Part shown: positions 8,938 through 18,911 of the stretch, one piece after another
How positions within the stretch are numbered: the first letter of the stretch is position 1
How the letters are laid out: each line of letters begins with the position of its first letter
Source: Spirochaetales bacterium
Lineage (GTDB): Bacteria > Spirochaetota > Spirochaetia > JAFGDJ01
Assembly (NCBI GenBank): GCA_016932135.1
Contig: JAFGDJ010000040.1
Location: 1 to 58,068 of the forward strand
Direction: 5' to 3'
DNA: 58,068 nucleotides
The notes under the pieces: generated by a model
Databases searched by the model: none
Told to the model about the DNA's origin: nothing
Seen by the model: the letters and a program-made list of their open reading frames with translations, nothing else
Translations under genes and position numbers: made by a program

Positions 8938-11106
8938 TTAGAGGTATTTATCCGGCACTCGAAGAATATCCCGGGGTTTGCTCCCGTTGGCCGGACCGAC
9001 AATCCCCATCTCTTCCATGAGTTCTACCAGCCGGGCGGCCCGATTATAGCCTATTTTCAGTCTTCGTTGAAGGTAGGAGGCCGAGGCCTTACCCGCTTCG
9101 ATGACGATCTCCATGGCGGAATCCATCAGAGGGTCTCCCGGACCGTCACTGATAAGGTTGAAATCCCCGTCATCGTCATCATCGAAGAAGATCTCGTCGT
9201 CGATGTAATCGGGTTTTCCCAGGGTCTTCACGTGATTGGTCACCCTTTCGACTTCTTCTTCCGAGAGGAAAGCCCCCTGGATTCTCACCGGATTGGGGTC
9301 CCAGGCGGAGGTAAAGAGCATGTCTCCCCGGCCGAGGAGTTTTTCCGCTCCCACCTGGTCGATGATAATCCGGGAATCGAATTTCCCCGCCACCATAAAG
9401 GCGATTCGGGAGGGAATGTTCGCCTTAATGAGCCCGGTAATGACATCGACGCTGGGCCGCTGGGTAGCCAGAACCAGATGAAGCCCCACCGCCCGGGACA
9501 TGGCTGCCAGACGGGCAATCGTAGCTTCCAGTTCCTTACCGGTGGTGGCCATAAGATCGGCGAACTCGTCGATGATGATCAGGATATACGGCAGAGGTTC
9601 CGTGGCCAGTCGCCGCTGAACCACCTTGCGGTTGTAGGATCGAATATCCCGGACCCCCAATCCGTCCAACAGGGAGTACCGTCGCTCCATTTCAAAAATA
9701 CAATACTGCAGAGCCTGAAAGGCCCGTTTCGGTTCGGTAATCACCGGGGTCAGAAGATGGGGAATATCGTTGTAGAGTTTCAATTCCACAATCTTGGGAT
9801 CGATGAGCATGATCCGCACCTGGGAAGGGTGCCGGTTGTAGAGAATAGAGCAGATGATGGAATTGACACAGACCGATTTCCCCGACCCCGTGGCGCCGGC
9901 GATCAGCAGATGGGGTGTCTGGGCAAGATCGATTACCCGGGAACCTCCGGCGATATCCTTCCCCAGGATCACCGGTATTTCCATCTTATCGCCGACAATT
10001 TCGTCGGCTTCCAGCATTTCCTTGAAAGAGACAATAGCCCGGTGCCGGTTCGGCACTTCGATTCCTACAGCGTGTTTTCCTGGAATGGGTGCCACAATAC
10101 GTACCCGGGAAGCGGCCAGGCGAAGGGCGATATTGTCCGCCAGATTGACGATCTTCGACAATTTCACCCCTGGAGCGGGGAGAATCTCGAACATGGTGAT
10201 CACCGGACCCTTGCTGATCCCCGTAACCTCGGCGGTTATCTTGAATTCTTCCAGGGTCAGCTTGAGGACCTCGGCGGCCTTGGTAGTCGCCTCATCCACG
10301 ATCCAGTATTGACCGTCCGGGTAGTCGTCCAAAAGGTCCTGAATCGGCATATCATAGGGCCGGACTACAGCCTTGGGGGCAGGGACTTTATCCGGTGCTT
10401 CGTCTTCATCCTCGTCTTCATTCTCGTCTTCATCATCCTCTTCCAACAGGGCTGTCCAGCCCGCTTCCGGCTCAGGATAATCTTCCGGTTCCTCAATCAG
10501 TTCTGCCGGCTCTTCCGGGGCTTCTTCCGGAACAATTTCATCCTGAAAAGCAGACGGAACAATCGGAACCGGGGGAGGAAGGATAAATTCCGGTTCCGTA
10601 TCTTCCACCGCGGTATTCACTTCTTCTTCCGTTTCGTCTCTATTCTCTTCTCCCGGCGGAATTTCCGAAGAAACCCCTACAAAAGCCTTTTTGCCAGGCA
10701 TGGAGAGGCGAAGAAGAAGGAAAAATTCCAGCAGGAACAGCAGAAGAAGAAAAAAGGCCGCCCCTTTTCTGCCGAAAAAGAAGGCCAAGGTTTCAGCCGC
10801 TTTACCCGCGGGCTCAGGGGAAACAACCTGAAAGAAGAGACCCAGGGTTATAAAGGGTAAAAGAGATGCCAGCAGAATAACCATCCGTCGGGGGCTGAAA
10901 TCCGGCAGGAAAAAAAACACCGTAAGAGCCAGCAGGTAAAGAGGAACATAGAAAGCCGCGTATCGGAAACTTCGTAAAAGGTACGTTCCGGGGAACAGAT
11001 CTATACCCCGGGTGAGGCCGAGAATGAGAGATACCAGGATATACAATGAAACCACGGCGCCAAGAATCGCCGGGAGACGTCCGGGGATTGTGTTTTTTCG
11101 TTCCAT
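8938..11106 (-). CDS. ftsK: DNA translocase FtsK
   Basis: N-terminal TMs, acidic linker, PHLLIAGATGSGKS, IDEFADLM, LATQRPSVDVITG, gamma domain LQRRLKIGYNRAARL. Confidence 0.97.
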   Translation of the reverse strand: MERKNTIPGRLPAILGAVVSLYILVSLILGLTRGIDLFPGTYLLRSFRYAAFYVPLYLLALTVFFFLPDFSPRRMVILLASLLPFITLGLFFQVVSPEPAGKAAETLAFFFGRKGAAFFLLLLFLLEFFLLLRLSMPGKKAFVGVSSEIPPGEENRDETEEEVNTAVEDTEPEFILPPPVPIVPSAFQDEIVPEEAPEEPAELIEEPEDYPEPEAGWTALLEEDDEDENEDEDEDEAPDKVPAPKAVVRPYDMPIQDLLDDYPDGQYWIVDEATTKAAEVLKLTLEEFKITAEVTGISKGPVITMFEILPAPGVKLSKIVNLADNIALRLAASRVRIVAPIPGKHAVGIEVPNRHRAIVSFKEMLEADEIVGDKMEIPVILGKDIAGGSRVIDLAQTPHLLIAGATGSGKSVCVNSIICSILYNRHPSQVRIMLIDPKIVELKLYNDIPHLLTPVITEPKRAFQALQYCIFEMERRYSLLDGLGVRDIRSYNRKVVQRRLATEPLPYILIIIDEFADLMATTGKELEATIARLAAMSRAVGLHLVLATQRPSVDVITGLIKANIPSRIAFMVAGKFDSRIIIDQVGAEKLLGRGDMLFTSAWDPNPVRIQGAFLSEEEVERVTNHVKTLGKPDYIDDEIFFDDDDDGDFNLISDGPGDPLMDSAMEIVIEAGKASASYLQRRLKIGYNRAARLVELMEEMGIVGPANGSKPRDILRVPDKYL

Positions 11107-11171
11107 AGATCTTCTTTATACTATATCGGTTGAAGCCGCCGGAGGTCTAAAGGGTAAATCCTTCAAGGTTT

Positions 11172-11966
11172 TCAAAGGAGAATGAGCCCCGCCACTCCCA
11201 GTGGAAGGAGATAAAAGGCAAAATAATGAAATTTCGCTTTTTCCAGAAGAAGAAGCAGAAGTTTAATGGATGCAAACCCCACTACCAGGGCGCTGAGCAT
11301 TCCAGCCGCCAGGGCGGCAGAGGGAACCTCCACCGACAAGGCCCGGGCGTCAGGGAGCTCCAGAAGAAAAGCACCTAGAACAGCCGGCAGAGATACCAGG
11401 AAAGCCAGCTCGCCGGCTTTCTTTCTGCCGATACCGGAAGCCAGGGCGGCGGAAATGACGATCCCCGAACGGGAGATCCCCGGCAGCACGCCCAACCCCT
11501 GGGCGAAGCCGGTAAAAAGGCCGTCTTTCAGCTTCAGTTCTTCGTAATCCCGGTTTCCCCGGGCATACCGGGAAAGGATCAGGATAATGCCTGTGACGAT
11601 AAAAAGAGCGGAGACAACCTTCGGATAACGATCCACGGAGAGATAGGATATGCCCATTCCCAAAGCGGCGGTAATGACGGTTGCTACAAGAATGATAAGA
11701 AACAGTCTCAGGTCGGGCCGGTCTTCTTCCCTGCTTTTTCGGCAGATAAAGCGGATGACCGCCATAAAAAGGGTCCCTATCCTGCGCCGAAAAACAACGC
11801 AGATCACCACCAGGGTAGAAACATGGAGGAGTACATCGAAAAGCTGGGGTATCTCACCGGTGCCGAGAAGCCGACGGAACACCACAAGATGACCGGAACT
11901 GGATACCGGAAGGAATTCGGTGATACCCTGCAGAATTCCCAGCAGAGTTGCCTGTAGAATTGTCAT
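11172..11966 (-). CDS. uppP: Undecaprenyl-diphosphate phosphatase BacA/UppP
   Basis: QGITEFLPVSSSGHL and PGISRSG motifs. Confidence 0.96.
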   Translation of the reverse strand: MTILQATLLGILQGITEFLPVSSSGHLVVFRRLLGTGEIPQLFDVLLHVSTLVVICVVFRRRIGTLFMAVIRFICRKSREEDRPDLRLFLIILVATVITAALGMGISYLSVDRYPKVVSALFIVTGIILILSRYARGNRDYEELKLKDGLFTGFAQGLGVLPGISRSGIVISAALASGIGRKKAGELAFLVSLPAVLGAFLLELPDARALSVEVPSAALAAGMLSALVVGFASIKLLLLLLEKAKFHYFAFYLLPLGVAGLILL

Positions 11967-11978
11967 AGCCTTATCTCC

Positions 11979-14024
11979 CTAGAGCTGTTCAAACCAGAAG
12001 CACACCGTATCGCGGGGATCTACGGCGTAGTAAAGATACCCGTAATACACCGAAGAAACAAGCACCTTCTTGACATAGCGCCGGGTTTCGGTCACCGGAA
12101 TAGCTTCAACGAAAAGATCCGGCGGAAGGGTACCGAATTGACGCCTCCAGGTACCCACCCGGCCCGGTCCGGCATTATACGCCGCCACGGCGCAGGCAGA
12201 AAAAGGAAACTGCCCTCGCAGCAAGGCCAGATACCAGGCGCCTATCATGGCATTGTCCGCCGGATCGTTCAGATCGTATGACCCATAGGACATGAGCTCT
12301 GCGACGTAGGATGCCGTGGAAGGCATAAGCTGGCTTAAGCCCGCAGCCCCGGCCCAGGAGCGGATATCCGGTTGAAAGGCGCTCTCTTCCCTCACCAAGG
12401 CGAAAAAAAGATGGGCCGGCAGATCATTCCTGTCAGCCGCCTCGGCTATCTCCTTAAGAAACCAGCGGGGGAAAAGCATCTTCAGGGCATCTCCGCCCGG
12501 AGGAAGACTCCGCAGGCCGTCCCAGCGGAGCATAATCCTCATGGAATCCAGGTACCTTCCCTGCCCTGCCGTAACCTCTGCAACCTTTACAGCCCCCGAA
12601 GGGCTGAGGTCGGCCAGCCGGACATAGGTTTCCTCCAGGCCAAGATCGATCATCCCCAGGGAAAAGAAGGGGAGAAGAAACTCATCCGTCGGTGTCGGAT
12701 TTTCCAATGCACCGGCGGGGGAAATGATCTTCTCATAGTCGGGAACCTGATTGCCGGAAAGCCGCAGGCCGGATAGAAATCCGTAATACCCCCGGGGATC
12801 CGCCTCCACCGCTTGGGCGAACAAAACCCCCGGGTCGCCATCTCTTAGAAAACCCTCTTCCAGGGCCCGGGCTTCCAGGTACAGGCTCCTGGACCGCTGG
12901 CTGGGACTTCCATAGGCTTTTACAATTCCCCCTAAAGACCGCAGGTCTTCCCATCGCCCCAGACGAAGCAAAGAAGCGGTAAGCTCATCAAGAACACCTT
13001 CATAATCCTGAGGGTTTCGGACAGAAGGAAGAATTTGGAGGGTTTTCTTAAGGGTTTCTTCAGGACCGGAAGTCCAAAACAGGGCGGAGAGGAGCATTCT
13101 GCCCGCCTGTTCCGTGATCTCGTCGGGAATCGGAAGAGATCCCAGGTATTCCGCCGCCTCATGGGTCCGGCCGGCCGACAGATACAATGATCCGATTTGT
13201 TCATGCACCGCTGCGCGGAGATCCGCGTTCCAGGAGCGTCCAAAAACTTCCAGGAGCTCTAAGAAAAAGACCAGCCCTTCTTCTTCCCCCGCCGCCTGGC
13301 GGAACAGGCTTCCCATTTCCCTCATCAAGAGGGGAGATGCAAAAGCCCCCTGTTCCAGATACGTCTTCAATAAAGGCAGAGCTTCTTCAAGACTGCCGGA
13401 AGCCAAGGCCGCCTTTCCGCGGATGAGGAGAACCAGGGAATCCTTCGGTTTCTTCGCCAGGGGGTAGAAAAGGTATTCCGAAGCCTTCAAATGATCCGGC
13501 CCGGCGGGATAATCGAGAAAAAGTCGCTCCAGCCGGTCTTCCCAGGGAGATAAGCCCATTCTTCGGGAGGCTTCGGCCAGCACCAGCAGCCCCCGGGGGC
13601 TGGAGGACAGATCCTCCGCTTCATGAGCCGTCCAGAGAGCCTGCCGACGTTTTCCCAACCGGAGTAAAATCTCAGCTTGGAAAACTAAAAAGTCCGGATC
13701 TCTGCCGAACCGGTCCAAAGCGTCGGTGGAAAGGTTTAAGGCATCCCTGTACCCCCCGGCGTCGATCAACCCGGCAATTAAACGCTTCAATCCTTCCCGG
13801 TACGCCAGGGTCTCGTCAGGCCGCGGAAGCAACAGCCGGTAATAATCCAGGGCTTTCTCCACCTCACCCAGATACTCCGCTTTACGGCCGGCATAATAGG
13901 GGAATTCTTCCCGGAGTTCCGCCGGATCGTGCATCGAGCTGCTAACCGTCCCCCGGCAGACGGGAAAGGACAGGAGTATTCCCAGAGACAGAAAGAACCA
14001 CCTACAGAAAGATAGACGTCTCAT
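11979..14024 (-). CDS. Slt70-like lytic transglycosylase with N-terminal TPR/helical region
   Basis: C-terminal SLT motifs REESAF, GLSQLMPST, AYNAGPG, ETRRYVKKV. Confidence 0.9.
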   Translation of the reverse strand: MRRLSFCRWFFLSLGILLSFPVCRGTVSSSMHDPAELREEFPYYAGRKAEYLGEVEKALDYYRLLLPRPDETLAYREGLKRLIAGLIDAGGYRDALNLSTDALDRFGRDPDFLVFQAEILLRLGKRRQALWTAHEAEDLSSSPRGLLVLAEASRRMGLSPWEDRLERLFLDYPAGPDHLKASEYLFYPLAKKPKDSLVLLIRGKAALASGSLEEALPLLKTYLEQGAFASPLLMREMGSLFRQAAGEEEGLVFFLELLEVFGRSWNADLRAAVHEQIGSLYLSAGRTHEAAEYLGSLPIPDEITEQAGRMLLSALFWTSGPEETLKKTLQILPSVRNPQDYEGVLDELTASLLRLGRWEDLRSLGGIVKAYGSPSQRSRSLYLEARALEEGFLRDGDPGVLFAQAVEADPRGYYGFLSGLRLSGNQVPDYEKIISPAGALENPTPTDEFLLPFFSLGMIDLGLEETYVRLADLSPSGAVKVAEVTAGQGRYLDSMRIMLRWDGLRSLPPGGDALKMLFPRWFLKEIAEAADRNDLPAHLFFALVREESAFQPDIRSWAGAAGLSQLMPSTASYVAELMSYGSYDLNDPADNAMIGAWYLALLRGQFPFSACAVAAYNAGPGRVGTWRRQFGTLPPDLFVEAIPVTETRRYVKKVLVSSVYYGYLYYAVDPRDTVCFWFEQL

Positions 14025-14050
14025 GAAATAAAAAAAGCCTTCAGGCGGGA
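14025..14050 (-). terminator. Short hairpin plus U-tract after the LysM gene (weak intrinsic terminator)
   Basis: Minus strand reads GCC-TGAA-GGC-TTTTTTT immediately before the slt ATG. Confidence 0.4.
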
Positions 14051-14995
14051 TTAACGGGCGGGAATAAAAATGGAAGTCTCCGCCAGGATAAAATCGGGAT
14101 TCCTGATATCATTCTCTTTAGCGATAACCGGGTAGAGCCAGGGGTTTTTATAAAAGGCGTAAGAAATATCCCAGAGGGTGTCACCCCAGGCGATCCTGTA
14201 CCAGAGACCCGTTTTTGCCGGGGGTATGGCACTCTGAGCCGGCGCAGGCGGTTCTGTGGTCTCTGCCACAGCCGCAGGAGGCTCTTCCGCGGCCGGTTCC
14301 ACCACCGCCGAGGGCTTTTCAGCAGCCGGAGGTTCTTCGGCAGGGGCTTCAGCCACCGTCTCGGAAACCACCGTTCCTCCGGCTTCCAGAGGGGGGACCT
14401 CCTCTCCCCGAAGGTTCTTGAAGAGCAGAACCCCCAGTACCGCCAGAACGGCAAGAGCCAGAATTATAAAACCAATCAGGAGAACGGGATGTTTCTTTTT
14501 TGATTCCTTTTCATCCTCTTCCTCCTCCTCTTCCTGCCATTCCTCTTCTTCGTCATCATCTTCGTAAGTTTCGGCAGTCAATCTGCTCTCTTCATCCGGT
14601 GAAACCGTACCGATATCATTCTCAATCTCAAAATCGGGCATATCGTAGGTATCCGACGCTTCCAGAGCCGTAAGACTGACACTGAGGCTTTGCTTTTCCC
14701 CGGTAATATGATCGCCCGCCGTAGCGTTTAAATTTCCATTTTTATCTACTCCGACAATAAGTTCGACTTCCGGCTCTCCTTTTTCCGCGGTTTCTATATT
14801 TTCGATCATCAGACTGCCGATATATCGAGCGTTTTCCAGGCTTTCGCCCTGACCTTTATACAGATCGATCTGAACACTTTCCTGGTTGTCCCGCACAGTG
14901 GTTAAAACAACCCGCTTACTCGATCCCTTTTCTCCGCCCAGGATGGGATAATAGGATCCATCAGCTATCTTGATACCTATCGTCGAATCGTTCAC
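14051..14995 (-). CDS. Hsp70 substrate-binding-domain-like / single TM / LysM protein
   Basis: N-terminus TTVRDNQESVQIDLY...GEPEVEL...VDKNGNL resembles the DnaK SBD-beta; acidic linker; TM; Pro/Ala/Glu linker; LysM YRIAWGDTLWDIS...IRNPDFI. GTG start. Confidence 0.85.
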   Translation of the reverse strand: MNDSTIGIKIADGSYYPILGGEKGSSKRVVLTTVRDNQESVQIDLYKGQGESLENARYIGSLMIENIETAEKGEPEVELIVGVDKNGNLNATAGDHITGEKQSLSVSLTALEASDTYDMPDFEIENDIGTVSPDEESRLTAETYEDDDEEEEWQEEEEEEDEKESKKKHPVLLIGFIILALAVLAVLGVLLFKNLRGEEVPPLEAGGTVVSETVAEAPAEEPPAAEKPSAVVEPAAEEPPAAVAETTEPPAPAQSAIPPAKTGLWYRIAWGDTLWDISYAFYKNPWLYPVIAKENDIRNPDFILAETSIFIPAR

Positions 14996-15013
14996 TCCCT
15001 ACCCCCTAATGAA

Positions 15014-15042
15014 AGCCTATCCCCGGACAAACTATTTGTCAA
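15014..15042 (-). promoter_or_regulatory. sigma70-type promoter for the LysM gene
   Basis: TTGACA, 17 nt, TAGGCT on the minus strand; back-to-back with the TPR-gene promoter. Confidence 0.55.
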
Positions 15043-15057
15043 TTGTTTTTCCTTTTC

Positions 15058-15087
15058 TTGACAATATTGCGGTACAGACAGCATAAT
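15058..15087 (+). promoter_or_regulatory. sigma70-type promoter of the TPR gene (leaderless geometry)
   Basis: TTGACA, 18 nt, CATAAT, 6 nt, ATG15094; no SD. Confidence 0.6.
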
Positions 15088-15093
15088 GGCCTC

Positions 15094-16449
15094 ATGTCTA
15101 CACTTTACATTGTAGTTCCAATTGGGGCTGCTCTTATAGCTGCCGTTTTCATTCTCTTCATTCTTCGGAAAAAAGGCGATAAGAAAGAAGTCAAAAACAA
15201 AAACAAGAAGGTGAAAGACCGAAACACCATTGTGAGAGAAGCAAACCGCCGGCTGGCTCAAAACCCCAAGGACCCCGAAGCTCTTTTACTCTTGGCGGAT
15301 ATCTACTATTCCGATCAGACCTATGAAAAAGCCATGAGAACCTATCAGGTTCTCATTGATCTCTGCGGCACCAATACCGAGCTGGATGAATTCGAGGTTA
15401 CCCTCCGGTACGCCTTATCGGCCATGCAGATTAAACAATACCAGGAAGCCTATAAGAGTTTCCTCATTGCCCGGACCATGAAGCAGGATGTTTTCGAGAT
15501 TGAACATAACTTAGGCCACCTGGAATATCTGAATAAAAACTATGAAAAAGCCGCGGGATACCTTTCCAAAGCCAAGGTGATGAAACCGGACAACCTGCAG
15601 ACCCTTCGTCTGCTGGGGCTCAGCCTCTTTCGAATCCGGCGTTATCAGGACGGGGCGATACATTTAAGAAAAGCCCTGGATATGGACCCCGAAGACAAGG
15701 AAGCCTTGTTTTGTCTTGGTCAATGCTACCACAACCTGGGACAGAATGAACCGGCCGTCAAGATTTTCGCCCATCTTCGGGTAGACCCGCTCTTCGGCCC
15801 CCATGCCGCCTTATATTCCGGTACCATCCATTTAAACGCTCATGATACCAACAAGGCTATTATGGATTTCGAGATCGGCCTACGGCATGAACAGATCAAA
15901 CAGGAGGTTCGGCTGGAACTGATGTACCGGCTGGCGACCGCCTATATAAAAAACCAGGACCTGCCGAACGCTCTGAACTATTTTCAACAAATCCGATCAA
16001 TCCAGCCGGATTACAAGGACGTGAAACAGCAGCTGGAGAATTACAGTGAGCTGAACCGCAATAAGAATTTGCAGGTTTTCCTGCTTTCCCCCATCTCCGA
16101 CTTTGTAGCCCTCTGCCGGAAACTGACCACCTCCTTCTTTCCCGATGCGAAGGTTAAGATTCTGGATATTTCCGTTCAAAAAAACGATTACGCCGACATC
16201 CTGACCGAAGTGAGCACCACAAAGTGGGAAGACATTGTCCTATTCCGATTCGTCAGGACCTCCGGCGATATCGGTGAGCTCATTCTCAGGGACCTCTATT
16301 CACGAATAAAAGAAGTAAAAGCGGGAAGGGGATACTGTATTACCACGGGCACCTTTACCGAGAGCGCCCAACACTTCGTCGAAGCACGGCTGATAGATCT
16401 TATCGAAAAAGACAAGCTTATGGAGAAACTCCTCCACACCAATTATTGA
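15094..16449 (+). CDS. Membrane-anchored TPR protein with C-terminal Mrr-like (restriction endonuclease fold) domain
   Basis: N-terminal TM followed by a Lys-rich stretch; about 8 TPRs; C-terminal ADIL...IGELILRDL...RGYCITTGTFTESA...IDLIE typical of the Mrr_cat fold. Confidence 0.85.
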   Translation: MSTLYIVVPIGAALIAAVFILFILRKKGDKKEVKNKNKKVKDRNTIVREANRRLAQNPKDPEALLLLADIYYSDQTYEKAMRTYQVLIDLCGTNTELDEFEVTLRYALSAMQIKQYQEAYKSFLIARTMKQDVFEIEHNLGHLEYLNKNYEKAAGYLSKAKVMKPDNLQTLRLLGLSLFRIRRYQDGAIHLRKALDMDPEDKEALFCLGQCYHNLGQNEPAVKIFAHLRVDPLFGPHAALYSGTIHLNAHDTNKAIMDFEIGLRHEQIKQEVRLELMYRLATAYIKNQDLPNALNYFQQIRSIQPDYKDVKQQLENYSELNRNKNLQVFLLSPISDFVALCRKLTTSFFPDAKVKILDISVQKNDYADILTEVSTTKWEDIVLFRFVRTSGDIGELILRDLYSRIKEVKAGRGYCITTGTFTESAQHFVEARLIDLIEKDKLMEKLLHTNY

Positions 16450-17072
16450 TTCCGAGAGAAGATAACAAGATGCCTTTCTCCCTGAAGCCCCGGCACCTCC
16501 AGCGGAATCACCCGGGGGGGTGCCGGCAAAGCACCCGCGGAATCGATCTCTTCCCGGATCCGTACGGTGGTTCCTTTATAGAACACCAGCGTTCCCCCGG
16601 GAGCCGTTAGAGGCCAGAGAAGCTGCAAGCCCTTCTTAAGATCGGCCAGAGCCCGGGTCACCACCAGGTCAAAGGTTTCCTTTACCTGTCGAAGGTCCTC
16701 CTTTATTACTCGCAGGTCCCTATCCCGGGCAACCAGGGCGCCGACATGACGTAAAAAGGCGGCCTTTTTTTCTGATTTTTCGATAAGGCTCACCTTCACT
16801 TCGGGCATACCCAAAGATAAAGGAATACCCGGAAAACCGCCGCCGGACCCGGCGTCCGCCAAACTCTTCGGCGCCAAGGCATACAGGACCGGCAAAGCTG
16901 CCAGGGAATCCAGAAGGTGCCGGTGGAGGAATAGTTCCTCCCTGTCCCCTACCAGATTCATTTTTTTATTCCAACGGCTCAGCTCTTCCAGGTAAAGAAG
17001 GCAGTTTTCCACCTGGGAGGGTGAAAAGGTGAGCCCCAGGGCTTCCAGACCCTTTTCCAAGGCCTCCTTCAT
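16443..17072 (-). CDS. rsmG: 16S rRNA m7G527 methyltransferase
   Basis: [31 protein letters not shown]. Confidence 0.95.
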   Translation of the reverse strand: MKEALEKGLEALGLTFSPSQVENCLLYLEELSRWNKKMNLVGDREELFLHRHLLDSLAALPVLYALAPKSLADAGSGGGFPGIPLSLGMPEVKVSLIEKSEKKAAFLRHVGALVARDRDLRVIKEDLRQVKETFDLVVTRALADLKKGLQLLWPLTAPGGTLVFYKGTTVRIREEIDSAGALPAPPRVIPLEVPGLQGERHLVIFSRNQ

Positions 17073-18910
17073 TTGGGCCTCCTGGCCAGAAGCACCATAA
17101 GCACGGCAATATCGGAAGATCTGACACCGGAAATCCTGGAAGCCTGGCCCAGAGACACCGGCCGGATCAGGCGCAGTTTTTCCTTTGATTCGGCAGACAT
17201 GCCCTCTAAGGGTTGATAATCGAAATCCGGAGGAATCCGGATGCTTTCCAGCTTTTCAAACCGGCGCACCTGCTGTTCCTGCCGTTTGATATACCCTTCA
17301 TACTTGATATCCGTTTCGACGCATTCCAATATTTCCCGGGAAAAATCCCGAACCTCCGGCAGCAGGGGTAACACATCCGCGATACTAACCTGGGGATTCC
17401 GTAACAGCACCTCCAGCTTTTTTCCCCCCTGGCCTTCCGGTAAACCCGGAATTTCCCCTTCCTTCAAGGTCCGCTGTTTCAGAAGCTCCCTGATCTCTTC
17501 CAGGGATTGCCGTTTCTTTTCCATCCGTTCCATTGCCTCGGAGGATTGCAGCCCCACCCGGTACCCTTTGCCGGTGAGCCGCAGATCCGCCGTGTCGTGT
17601 CGTAAGCATAAGCGGTATTCCGCCCGGGAGGTAAACATGCGGTAGGGTTCTTCCGTCCCCAGGGTGACCAGGTCATCGATTAAAACACCGGTATAGGCTT
17701 CCGCCCGGGACAGGATAAGGGGTTCCCGCCCATTCAGAGCCAAGGCGGCGTTGATCCCCGCCATAAGCCCCTGGCAGGCGGCCTCTTCATAGCCCGAGGT
17801 CCCGTTGGTCTGCCCCGCCACATACAGACCCTTGATACGCTTGGTTTCCAGGCTGGGGAAAAGCTGCCTGGGGTCCAGGTAATCGTATTCCACGGCGTAA
17901 CCGGGGCGAAAAATCCTCAGGTTCTCCAACCCGGGAAGGGTCCGTAAAAACTTTTCCTGAACCTCTTCCGGCAGGGAAGAAGAAATGCCGTTCAGATAGA
18001 CCTCGTCGGTTCCCAAACCTTCCGGCTCCACAAAAACCTGATGCCGCGGCCGATCGGGAAACCGTACCACCTTATCTTCTATCGAAGGACAGTACCGCGG
18101 CCCCTTGCCGACGATCTTTCCCCCGTACAACGGAGACCGGTGGATATTTTCCCGGATAATCCGGTGGGTTTCCTCATTGGTGTAGGTGATATAGCAGGGC
18201 AGATTAGGCCTGTTCACCGGGGCCCCGGAAAAGGAAAAGGCCAGGATCTCCGGGTCTCCCGGCTGTTCTTCCATTTTATCGTAATCCAGGGAACTTCCGG
18301 CCGCCCTGGCGGGCGTACCGGTCTTCAGCCTACCCACGGTAAACCCCAGGTTCCGCAAGGCCGTGCCGAGGCCCAAGGCCGCCGGTTCACCGAGACGCCC
18401 GGAGGGGGCCGTATGCTCCCCGATAAAGATCATTCCCTCCATGAAAGTACCGGTGGTTAGAACAACGGTCCGGGCGCTGATGGTATTGCCCCGTTCAGTC
18501 TTTACCCCCTGCACCACCCGGCCTGAGGAATCCAAAAGCAGGTCGGTTACCGTATCCTGGAAAAGATGCAGATCCTTCTGATGCTCCAGGGTCTCCTTTG
18601 CCAGGCGGCTGTAGGAAAATTTATCCGCCTGTGCCCTGAAAGCCCGAACCGCGGGCCCCCGGCGGAGGTTCAATATCCGAAACTGGATCATCACCCGATC
18701 GATGAGCCGGGCCATTTCACCCCCCAGGGCGTCGATTTCCCGGACAATATTTCCTTTTGAAAGCCCCCCGATGGAAGGGTTACAGGAAAGCCGGCCGATG
18801 GCGTCCAGGCTTTGAGTAACCAGGAGGGTACTGTATCCCAGGCGGGCTAAAGCCAGGGCCGCTTCGATACCGGCATGGCCTCCGCCTATAACCAGGGCGT
18901 CGTAATCCAT
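17069..18910 (-). CDS. mnmG: tRNA uridine 5-carboxymethylaminomethyl modification enzyme GidA
   Basis: [39 protein letters not shown]. Confidence 0.98.
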   Translation of the reverse strand: MDYDALVIGGGHAGIEAALALARLGYSTLLVTQSLDAIGRLSCNPSIGGLSKGNIVREIDALGGEMARLIDRVMIQFRILNLRRGPAVRAFRAQADKFSYSRLAKETLEHQKDLHLFQDTVTDLLLDSSGRVVQGVKTERGNTISARTVVLTTGTFMEGMIFIGEHTAPSGRLGEPAALGLGTALRNLGFTVGRLKTGTPARAAGSSLDYDKMEEQPGDPEILAFSFSGAPVNRPNLPCYITYTNEETHRIIRENIHRSPLYGGKIVGKGPRYCPSIEDKVVRFPDRPRHQVFVEPEGLGTDEVYLNGISSSLPEEVQEKFLRTLPGLENLRIFRPGYAVEYDYLDPRQLFPSLETKRIKGLYVAGQTNGTSGYEEAACQGLMAGINAALALNGREPLILSRAEAYTGVLIDDLVTLGTEEPYRMFTSRAEYRLCLRHDTADLRLTGKGYRVGLQSSEAMERMEKKRQSLEEIRELLKQRTLKEGEIPGLPEGQGGKKLEVLLRNPQVSIADVLPLLPEVRDFSREILECVETDIKYEGYIKRQEQQVRRFEKLESIRIPPDFDYQPLEGMSAESKEKLRLIRPVSLGQASRISGVRSSDIAVLMVLLARRPK

Positions 18911-18911
18911 G

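Noticed and set aside
10400-10445. Trinucleotide-like repeats (also ~14505-14565)
   Set aside because: They encode Asp/Glu-rich linkers in FtsK and the LysM protein; not CRISPR or VNTR elements.
8836-10860. 674 aa + strand ORF antisense to ftsK
   Set aside because: Shadow frame of a conserved gene; no motifs and atypical composition. The same applies to the many other antisense ORFs in the track (e.g. 35915-36769, 26527-27312, 44089-44799).
15094-16449. Type IV restriction / anti-phage system
   Set aside because: Catalytic QxK motif is absent, and the context is housekeeping with no defence genes nearby.
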